A stretch of 63,409 nt of DNA, filler included, from Intoshia linei (lineage: Eukaryota > Animalia > Orthonectida): NCBI GenBank assembly GCA_001642005.1. It is 4 parts of 4 records of this genome, joined end to end, with 100 filler letters (N's around TTAATTAATTAA, not from the genome) between each part and the next. Parts side by side here need not be neighbours in the genome. Positions count along the whole stretch, not along the records: positions 12,161 to 42,676 come from LWCA01000363.1; positions 42,777 to 62,199 come from LWCA01000734.1; 2 more parts are not named here. One strand, 5' to 3'. Of this stretch, positions 40,706-51,221 are shown one piece after another. The notes under the pieces are model-generated. The model was given only the letters and a program-made list of their open reading frames with translations. It was not told the DNA's origin and did not search any database. The position numbers were made by a program, and so were the translations under genes. Within the stretch, counting starts at the first letter, position 1; every line of letters begins with the position of its first letter.

Positions 40706-42648
40706 CAGTGTTGATCATAAGATTATAATAATTGCTTTTTACATATTCTTTTGTTACTAATTTACTAATGAGTAGATGAAATTAAATAAAATATAAGTTA
40801 AATATAATACGTAGTTAATAATAAGTTAAGAAAATAAATAAAATATAAGTTACACATATATTTATGTTTAATGGGAATTAATTAATATTTTGTAACACAT
40901 CCTTTAGCATGTATGAGAGCCATAATTCTCCGTGGCATACTATTAATACAGTCTTTTGCCAGTTTTTTCAAATTAGGAGAATTGTTCTATACTGTATGTA
41001 AGCGAATAATCAGTTATGATTTTGATTTTATTGGAATTCTATGAATTTCCTTTTTCAATTGTGCCCACATATTTTCGATTGGGTTCATATCTGGGGAATT
41101 CCCGGGCCATTCAAGAACGGTAATCCTTTCATTTTATAAATATGAAGTTACAGATTTGGCTTTGGGACATGGAGCGGAATCATGTTAGAATATATACTTC
41201 TGATCAATGTGCCGTTGTGTCATTTCATCAAAAAAATTGTTTAATACATTTTTATAGGTATGCTGGTTCATTATACCTTCACAAATCTGTAATTCACCCA
41301 TTCCCACAAAAGTTATAGCCCCAAACCATTACTTTTGTTGGAAAATTTTACTGTTTGTATGATGCATTCTGGCCTTGATGATTCGCATGATTTTCTGTGC
41401 ACATTTTTACATTGGTTACCCATCACACAAATCATTGATTCGTCCGAAAAAATAACCTATAAAATTACAAATTAGGTGGTTTTTTATTAATTAGTACAAA
41501 ATTAATGAATATAATATAATACAATTTATTTTAACTTATTAATAAATAACCTCATTCCATTTATGTTCATTCCAATTTTCATGACTTTTTGCCCATAAAA
41601 ACCTTGTTTTTTTCATTGTCTCAGTAAGTAAGGAGGGATTTTTTTGTTTTTCGGTAAGATGTGTAAGCTGCCTCCAATAGTCTACAATTAACAGTTAACC
41701 TTGACACATTAACATTTTGAGTTTGTAATTTTCTAGAGATTTCAGCGCAGCTAGAATTTCTATTTTCTACAGCTGTTCTGAGTATAACTCGGTCTGTTCT
41801 TTGATTCGTGGATTTTTTTGTACCATACCTTTTTCTGTATAAATTACTACTTTGTTCAGATTTCGACATATTTTTTTTTATAATGGATACAGCTGACTGA
41901 GACACACCACACATTTGTGCAATTTTGTGTTGACTGTAATCAGATTTTTCTAGCAAGGAGATTATATGACTTTTTGTTTGGGAAAAAATATCCTTACTTT
42001 GGCCCATTTTAAATTATCAAATTTTGAATTTTAAAATTAAATTTCTGAAAGAGAACGATATTAACCCTTACGAGACAATAACACGTATACATGCAAAAAA
42101 GTACAATCATAAATTTACTATTGTTTGCCGGCATGCAAAAAAAATCAACTGATAAATTTAAATTATTTGCATACAAACAAAAATAAGACGGTACATATGT
42201 CAATTGTGAACAAATTATTACTCATCAAATATGAGTACAAAATTAATTTTATTACCACTGTTTACATAGTGTCAACAATAAAATATTACTTTATGAAGGG
42301 ATATTTCAGTTTTTGCGCATTAGATTAAAATGTTCCTATCTTTACCCTTATTGAGTTAATAAATTGTATATTTTTAATATAATTAAACTGTACATAATAA
42401 TGCTAAAATTAATTTTTTTGGTCAATTATATCAAAAATTATAATATTATTTTTTTGAGGAGTATTTCAGTTTTTGTGCATTAGATAAAATGTTCTTACCC
42501 TTTACCTTTATTGAATGAAACTATCTTAAATTTTTAATAAAATTAAACTGTACATAATGATATAAAATGTAATTTTTTTGGTTGATTAATTAATTAATTA
42601 AATAGTTTTTAGATATATAACAAGAATTAAGCATCAATTTAAGTACTG
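40706..42648 (-). mobile_element. Tc1 (DD34E) transposon, decayed, with an intron in the transposase and a ~160-bp subterminal duplication
   Basis: HTH ORF 41621-42007; W|VIFSDES, MVWG, HDSAPC, LEWPGNSPDMNPIENMW; TA|CAGTG left end; repeats ~42290-42430 and ~42455-42590. Right end uncertain. Confidence 0.88.
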
Positions 42649-43256
42649 TTATTTTAAATTTGTTTTATTATTATTANNNNNNNNNNNNNNNNNNNNNNNN
42701 NNNNNNNNNNNNNNNNNNNNTTAATTAATTAANNNNNNNNNNNNNNNNNNNNNNNNNNNNNNNNNNNNNNNNNNNNTATAAAAAAATGATATTTCCAAAA
42801 TATTAATGCATTTCAACGAATATTGAAGATTTTCGACGAATATGTTTCTAGCTCAATTTTTGGGATTTTATTAACGATTTAATTTCTCGAATTCTGGCTA
42901 TTAACCATTATTTAATTTGTATTGAAAAAAAAAATAGAATCCAAAAAAATTGAGTTAGAAACAAATTTTAAAAAATAAACTGTATAACTAAACATGGAGA
43001 ACAATATTATGAACTCGCTACTACGTTTAAAAGCTCAAACGCCAATCTCCGTTAAAATAAAGTTCAGTTTTAATTTTGTAATACAGTGGAATCCGGTCAT
43101 AAGAGACGTCCGGATATAAGGGACAAAAATTCGCTTATAGTGGACAGTATATAACAGTATACAAAAGTGTGTTACAATTTTACAATCAAATAAATATTTT
43201 TATAATTGTGCGTTTCTATGAAAAATTTTTATACTAAAAATTGATATAGCATATAC

Positions 43257-43982
43257 CAGTTTTCAACCTTTTTGTGTTCGCGACCCCCTTATAGACATAA
43301 AAAAATTTCTCAACCCAAAAATTTTCTATACACTCCAAATATCATCAATTCACATAAATAAAATTATTAAAAAAGCATATTCAGTTTTATTTATATTTTA
43401 TACTGTGCTCACTGAGCACTGCTCAGTACACTGTATTATTATAATAACTAAATTTATTTTCTTTGTGTGAAATTTGAGGTTTCAGTTTAGCTATAATTAT
43501 TGATATCCTGGGCAGTGTATGCGATAAGGCGAGCCTCTTATTATCTTAACATTTAATCTGTTTATTGGCTTTGTTTTTATGCATATAAACATATCATGAA
43601 CAAGCGTATAAAATCTTACTTCATACAGATAAGTTGATGGAAAAGATAGTAGCAATCTCAAAGCAATCATAAATTCATTTGGATATAAATCAATCATATC
43701 ATACCAAAAAGTAGTTAGTGGTTTTTCATAGAAAATATTCGTGCAGTGGATTCATTTATTAAATCTATTATTTCATTCTGTATTTATTTCGTAAATAGTT
43801 TATATATTGAGTGAAAAAGAAATTAAAAAAAAAATGTATTTTTTTTTTTTTTTAAATTGTAATACAGAATGAAAAAATATTTCCGTAACATCATTACTTT
43901 CAATATTATATTTAAATAAAAAAATAAATAAACATATTCATAAATTTTCAAATTCTCACGACCACCCGGTTGCAAACCACTG
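43257..43982 (-). mobile_element. hAT Buster-type element with C-terminal transposase remnant
   Basis: ALRLLLSFPSTYLYEVRF...IKTKPINRLNV; termini match MITE 24328-24537. Confidence 0.8.
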
Positions 43983-44214
43983 TATATAGTATATATAAAG
44001 AAAATTTTAAATGGTCAGGCTAACTTCACCGTTGGGAGTTGGCCGAAAATATTTTACAATTGTTATTATTTTAGTAATACTATAATTTTAAGCACTATGG
44101 ATAATTTTTCTAAATACCCATGAGACACCTGAATGTACATTGAACAATTCATTTTATTCCATAATACTAAAAAACTTAATTTTATTTTTAAAAAGATAAT
44201 AAAATAGTTTTGAA

Positions 44215-44815
44215 ATGAAAAAAAATGAATACTAGAGTACTTTTTTGACCATGAAGGTGTCACTTTATCAGATTGAAATTTTTTGTGCGTGTTAACTGGA
44301 TATAACTGTATCATGAGTAATTTTTTTTAAATTATAGGGCTGTTTTCATTTTTTAAAAAAAGGATAATCTGAAGTTTTGATCGTGACAACAAACTTTTTT
44401 GAGGTTGCCATTTACGATAATGCTTATGATTTTAAAAACTATGCCAGAATTTATGTTGTATAAATTCTAGGCCTTTTTATCATTTTTACAAATAAAGGTA
44501 ATTTGTGGTTTTGATCGTGAAGATATAAGATTTTGAAATTGAAATTTATCGTCATCTTGATAAATTTAAAAGCTTTATTAGATTGTGTACTTTTTATAAT
44601 TCTCGTATTGGGTTGAATTTTAAATAAAAGGATAATATGAGGTTTCGATCGTTAAGAACTGAATTTCTAATAATAAAATTTGCGATAAAACATGAGCCTT
44701 ACATAACTATAATAGAAATATGCAATTTTGAAAACTCGACTCCTCTTACTTTCTATAAACTAAAACAAATAAATAAATAAACAGACATACATTTTTAACT
44801 AACTTACTTTATATA
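44215..44815 (-). mobile_element. Helitron subfamily copy
   Basis: Repeated TTTTGAYCGTGAAG blocks; similar to 36875-37440 and 54413-54975. Confidence 0.7.
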
Positions 44816-45084
44816 TACTTCGAAAACAGCAATGGTAACCTTTGATTTAATATATTTGATGATATAATTAGGTTTCATGTTTGATTTTTTCAACACTCTG
44901 AAAAGCTTTAACAAGTTTTGCATCTAATATTTCTTAATTTTTTCAAAATCGTTTTCAATTGCTATTATTTAGATTCTAAATATTAGAATAATCATCATCA
45001 TTCTACCAGCATCCACAACGTCTTGATTATAAATTAAAAATTAGTAAATAGTTTAATATAATAATTAACAATATTTAATTTAAA

Positions 45085-46260
45085 TTAAAAATTAGGATTT
45101 TGAATAAAAGAATTGAATAAAATATTTCCAATCCCATCAACTTTATAGAATAGAAAAGCATAAAATGAAGAATCAATTTTAATATCAATAACTTTTGTTG
45201 GAGTACCCATTTTCAGATTAATAATGGCACCTGTTCCGGCAGCAGCCGTGGTCCCAGTTTCATCAACTTCAATATTCGCCATATGATAGATTCGTGAAAC
45301 GAATAAAGCTTCATCGGATAACAAAGTGAGATTAGCGGAATGAGAAAATATTTTTTTTATTCCAAGTTTAATTAACAAACTTTTTAGAGCAATCTTTGAT
45401 GTGGCATTAAATTTAGGCAGAGATAAATGAACTTTTCCAAATTTTGCATTTAAATCGAATGTATCGATCCAATTGGCATTTAAATTGTGTAATTTATGGG
45501 GTTGTATGATAAAAAGACTGAGTCCTTCAATAGAATAGGGTAATTCAACCAATGTGTAAAAATCATTTTTGATGTATTGTAAGGAAGCGGTAACATGCAT
45601 AGTATCCACCTTGTCAACACTTAAACCAAATGAGGTAAAATTTTGCTTATCGGTCAATTCCTTATTAAATGGATGTTTAAACAGAGCTTTAATGTAAATT
45701 GCATTAATAATGACTGATCTCGTTGATTCATTGATTGCTCCGTCTGGTATCAAATCGTTTATTCTATTGTGAGTGCGTTCACTTACATATTGATTAATTT
45801 TTGCAATTTCTCCACTTTTCGAAAAATCCAATGTTTCAATATTATCACAATTTATTCCAATGTCGTTCAGCGATTCTAGATAACATTTTTTAATGTTAAA
45901 CCCGTCTCCAATATAAAACTTATTGGCAAAAGAAAATTCGACATTGTTCGTTTTATTTTGCGTTTTTTCGTCAAACTTTTGAAATTTATTACTAAATTTT
46001 GATAACCAATCGAATGGCGCATCGACATTTTCATATTTTAAAAACTCTCCTCTGTCTTTAATGGGAACTGCATAATAAATCATTGATAATATCATTTTGA
46101 TTGATAATTCTGAAAAACATACATTTTCCGTTTCAGATTTTTCAATCATTAGTTCCATCAACAAATTATATAGATTCATTTGTTTAGGATAGTTATTGTA
46201 CAAAATTACAGAGTTTAGTGCAGTTGTGGTTGAAAGCAAAATTAACAAATATTTGAACAT
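45085..46260 (-). CDS. Secreted serpin, single exon, 391 aa
   Basis: Signal peptide; NVCFS.LSI, INQYVSERTHNRINDLI, IINAIYIKALFKHPF, ELPY, LSLPKF; hinge/RCL EVDETGTTAAAGT; terminal NP. Confidence 0.95.
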   Translation of the reverse strand: MFKYLLILLSTTTALNSVILYNNYPKQMNLYNLLMELMIEKSETENVCFSELSIKMILSMIYYAVPIKDRGEFLKYENVDAPFDWLSKFSNKFQKFDEKTQNKTNNVEFSFANKFYIGDGFNIKKCYLESLNDIGINCDNIETLDFSKSGEIAKINQYVSERTHNRINDLIPDGAINESTRSVIINAIYIKALFKHPFNKELTDKQNFTSFGLSVDKVDTMHVTASLQYIKNDFYTLVELPYSIEGLSLFIIQPHKLHNLNANWIDTFDLNAKFGKVHLSLPKFNATSKIALKSLLIKLGIKKIFSHSANLTLLSDEALFVSRIYHMANIEVDETGTTAAAGTGAIINLKMGTPTKVIDIKIDSSFYAFLFYKVDGIGNILFNSFIQNPNF

Positions 46261-47096
46261 TACTTGTGTTTATTATTCAATAAATAAGAAAATGTAGTTG
46301 ATTTAGATTTGAATTGTTTATTATTTAGAAATGCAATACCCCTGAAAACGTTGACACTAAATTTCGTATAATATTACAGTATTGTAATTAATATAAAGTG
46401 TATATTGCATTTTTTATTGTGCCCTCTTTTTTCAGATTTCGTATGTGAATAATTTAGTTTGGTGTATGAGATTTTATAAATTGATTTCTATAGGAATATT
46501 TTTCTTGATGATTATTTTGGTAATTTAAGTATCTATTTGCAAAATAACATGTAATATATGCAAAGAATCGATAAATACAACATTGTAAATGCGTGTTTCT
46601 AAGAATGAAGATTATGTAAAAATAGTGTAAAAGTGAGTAGAAACGTTGACAATTTTATTACAATCTGTGTAAAAGTAAGTAATACTGAGTAAAGTTTATT
46701 AATACTGTGAGTAAAATTAAATCGACACCCATTATTTTATATCATCTGAAAGATTACAATCTGTAGACCATAATGTTACAATTTAAAATAATAAAGGGTC
46801 ATAGCTTCGAAAAGATTGGGAACCCTGGTCTAGGATTTGGGATAAATCCTCAAAGTTTGGCAACTCCAATAAATATTAAAAATAAACAAAAATTGATAAT
46901 TGTTTTAATATTTTATTTGAACTCATCAACATCTAGTCATAGTTTTGGACCCCGATCGGGATCATTGGAATGTTAAAAAAATTTTATATATCCTCATATT
47001 TAATATTAATTCTGACATTTTAAGATAAATTTGAAAATGTTAAAGTAAAAAATTTTATTTCAATTTATAATGAAGATATACAAAGCGTAAATTTAA

Positions 47097-47777
47097 TCAC
47101 CAAATTTTAACTAAACATAAAACAAATATAAAGGCACAAATGGATCCAACTATCAAAGAACATATTGATAAAAACAAAGAAATTGAACGTTTTCGACGTT
47201 CGTTTATATTTTCACATTTTCCAGATTTGTAAGCATAAATAATAGCGGGAGTTCCTAAATATTCAAATTAATAGTTGTCAGAAATAAACCATTCAAAACT
47301 ACTGTAGTTATTTTGATGACTTAAAAATCCAGTTAGCTTTCAATAAATACCATATAATTCTTTGAGAAATCCCATCCAAAAGTAAGGGCTATCCCATCTA
47401 AACCCCGTTGTATACTCTACCACTAAAGTGGGTCTAGAATTCGTATTTTCAACTTACTTTTTTATCAACCTTATGTTGATCTAAAGAAACATTATGGTCA
47501 ACGTTAACTAGTTATCCTATAATGATAATTTTTGATTTAAATTACAATTGTACAACAAAAATAGCCATTATAATCCTTACATGTTTATAATCAAATTGGA
47601 ACATTTGTTTTGACATCACATAACTTATCCGACTAATGAAGGGATTACTTGTAATATATTCAATTTACCTAAACAAGGATTGCAACAAAGAGTAACAAAA
47701 ATGGCGAGAGGTACATAATTTGTTGTTTCGTAAATTGTAACATCAGTATTATCTGGCATCGTCAAAGATGTATCCAT
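47097..47777 (-). CDS. CD225/dispanin (IFITM/PRRT-like) membrane protein, 88 aa (exons 47777-47669, 47254-47097)
   Basis: MDTSLTMPDNTDVTIYETTNYVPLAIFVTLCCNPCL|GTPAIIYAYKS...RKRSISLFLSICSLIVGSICAFIFVLCLVKIW; CC..LG motif, two hydrophobic segments, canonical GTAAAT/TTTAG intron. Confidence 0.85.
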
Positions 47778-47900
47778 AATATTTTTTGAGCAATAAATTA
47801 CAAACCACTGTAAATGTACACATTTAGTACATGAAATATTATATTGTCCTGTTTGATAGGTTTTAAATCTTTACAAATATTGTAATGTAACTTTCAAGTA

Positions 47901-49440
47901 CAGTCGATTCTCTCTATTTTAAAAATTGAGGAACATTTTAATATAAGCAAATTATAGTTTATTTTAAATGTGATTCGATAGTTGCCATATTATTATAAAA
48001 TATGTGCCTTTTGATGAATTAGTTCGATAGAATAGTTAATTAAGTATTTAAACCTGTATTATGAAATTTACACCAAAAAAATAATAATTATAAAGTGCTG
48101 AAACAGAATCAAATTTTTAAGTTTTTGATATATTTTTAAAAAAATACACCATTTACGTTTTGTCGATTTATTCAAAAACTGCATTTAGATTTGTGTAATG
48201 ATATATCTCATTCTTAAAATCTCAAAACTATCTGTCATCATATTAATTTTGTCTTATATATTAATTAAGAGAGACTGTATAAACATTTATTTTAAAAATG
48301 ACTCGACTGCGACCATATCATTAACTATATCATATGGAACATTTCGATAATTTAATTCTGTATTTATTGTTCTTAATGCATCTTCTAATTTTTCTTTTGT
48401 AGGTCGTACATTTTCCACTTGTTCTTCTTTAACTTCATCACTCATTGTAATATCTATAATTTCACTATCATTAAGATATGAAGGTGTATTATTTTCAATG
48501 TCAATATAATCTGCGCATTTAATATCAATTTCACAAATATTTATTAATTTATTGCAATTATTTAGAAAGGGTTCGTTATTTTCCACATAAATCGATGGTG
48601 AAATATTATTCGATTTAAATCCAGCCTCAGTCAGCTTAAATGTAGCAATTTAGAATAGTAGTTTTTTAACACACTAATACCATACATTATTTAAAATTGA
48701 GAAACATTCCAAAAGGTTTATTTTATTAAACAGTCTGCCTTCTTCGATTTGTGTAACTCTTTTCTGGACCAAAAAATCACGATAATAGTGTTTGATATTT
48801 TTTATTATACCCATATCTAGAGGTTGCAACATTGAAGTTGTATTCTTTGGTAGAAATACTACCTTAATGAAGGGATACAATAGTGGGTCCTTAACAATGT
48901 GTGATGTGCAGTTATCAATAGAAAGTATAATTTTCCGTTTTTTAATAGCTAAAGTTTTGTCGGGCATACAATCATAGTACAGTGCGAATTCATCAGCATT
49001 AAAGATGTTTTCATCAGTGTAACCTTGAATGATTGAATTTAAAACATTTTGTTTCCAGTCATTCACCAAATCCATATTTACAGACTTTCTTTCGCCGAAA
49101 ATTTCTTTAAAAAATATTGAATTGCGTCTTTTGAATTTCGTTAACCATCCATCACTAGCAGAAAAATTGGTAATTCCCATTATTTTTGCATACAGTAATC
49201 CCTTCTGTTTCATTAGACACCCTGAAATAGGTATGTTATTTTGTCGTGAATTGTCGAAAAATGTCAAAACTGCCTTTTCAAGTTTGTCATTTTTAACTGG
49301 CCTAATTTTAGTTGATTTTAATGCCTTTGGAGTAAAAGAATTAACCCTCTCAGCAATTTGATCCTTATTCTTCATGATATATGTAATACATGCAGGAGTT
49401 ACTCCGTATACTTCGACAACCTTCGAATTTAAATGTAGCA
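47901..49440 (-). mobile_element. Tigger/pogo transposon, internally deleted
   Basis: CENP-B HTH (LEKAV..F...RQNNIPISG...FSASDGWLTKFKRR), IFNADE, IDNCTSH, FLPKNTTSMLQPLDMGII; TA|CAGTCGATTCTC terminus. Confidence 0.9.
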
Positions 49441-49494
49441 GCATGCAGACACCGAAGTAATACATTTCGTCAAATTTGATTTACAATAAAAAAA

Positions 49495-50381
49495 GGGCTT
49501 TTCGTAGAATAAGCCAACCAGAATAAACTTTTAAATTTGAACTTTATTTAATTTTTTAAAAATATCTAACGTTTGTATATAAATCTGTTGTTTCATTAGA
49601 ACATTAAAATATGAATAATTACTTAGTTAAGAATATATGCATTAAGTGATTAATTACATTATTGCGACAGTAGTGTAGAACGAGTTTATACGTGAAAGTT
49701 GTATTGTAATTTAAGTGATTTAACACGATAATGAATGTAAATAAACTTAATGTTGTGGTTACATTACAGCGATAAATAAAAATATTTATTGAGGGTATAC
49801 TTCACCGCAATTGTACTTCTGCTATCGGGTAAACTGACTTTCGTCAATTTGTATCTCAATCCCCTCCCCTCCTATTTTTTAAATGTAATCCATCATTATT
49901 GTCGTACAAATGTCCCTCATAAAATTTTTCCAATCAATCAGTCTTGGTGAACATTTTCAACTCTTTTTCATCAAATGTATAAGACGTTAATTCACATGAC
50001 CAATAGTAAATAAATTGAAATATTTTTTCTAACACAATATAACATACATTAAATCAATATATACCATATTGATAATTAACTTTTCTCGAAAAAGCTAGTG
50101 ACGTATAGAAATTTCAGTTTTACACGAACATCTCCATCTGTGACCGCCATTGCATTTCGTCTTTGTAAAATACATCTGACGATCACAGACGGGACAAGTC
50201 TTAAAACTGCTTAATAATCCTACATTTCTGCAAAAAATTATTGTTACAACAGTATTTCCTTTAATTTCGAAAGATTAAATTTAGTACATTGTATGAATTA
50301 CGTAAGTTACATATTTTTAAAAATTAAATAAAGTTCAAATTTAAAAGTTTATTCTAGTGGGCTTATTCTACAAAAGGTCCC
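49495..50381 (-). mobile_element. Merlin (IS1016/ISXO2-like) element relic
   Basis: ~70-bp TIRs starting GGG (GGGCTTTTCGTAGAATAAGCC / GGCTTATTCTACAAAAGGTCCC); internal DWKNFMRDIC...KIGGEGIEIQIDESQF..QKYNCG and upstream CK..ISIR / SFFEKS. Confidence 0.85.
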
Positions 50382-51221
50382 AAAAAAATTCAAACTAATT
50401 ACAGACCATAACTCATAAGTAGAGTAACGCGAAAGTTACAATAAAGCGACAAAAAAGTTGCATTAATAACGAAAAAAGTTGTCATATAAACAATTTGTAA
50501 AAAAAATTTAATTTATTTGTTACAAAAAGTTGAAATTGGTTGCTCTATTCATAAGTTAAGAGTTCTAATATAAATTCGTCAAGATTGATACCAAAATTGT
50601 TAAATTTATTTTCTAGTTACATTGCTATAGTTATCATTATTAATTACATAGTTACATCATCGTACTTTATTGTTTATTTTCAATATGTAGTTTATTTTAT
50701 AAAACGAGTTATTCTTCATTTTTCTTTTTACATCCACATTATCGTTGAAATATTTTAATTTTTTTTAAATTATTACTATTAATATATTTTATGATGAATT
50801 GTCATGCTAATACTGATGCACAATCGTGTGTATATGTGTTCAAATACAATCTGAAAATATTCAATTCCAAACAATCATTCATACATTTTATTGTGATAAT
50901 AAGTACCCAGTGTTATTGGATTTTTTTATTTGACTACATTATGTAAATATCGCAACTAATTGTAATATTTCTTTATTACTGTACAAATGATTAAAAATTA
51001 ACAATTAAGCTACTTGTAACAATTTTTTAGCTCATATTTAATGGATTGCTTTTTAAACGTCGTTCAGTTGTCATGTCAATATGTTTAATGGTTTGACAAA
51101 TTGAATTTGGTTTTAAATTCAGAAAATACACTATTACAGTCAAAGTGTAAAAAATATTAAATGTTGAGAATTATACAATCGTATCAATAAAACCTAAAAA
51201 ATAAACTTTATTAGTCTTAAA

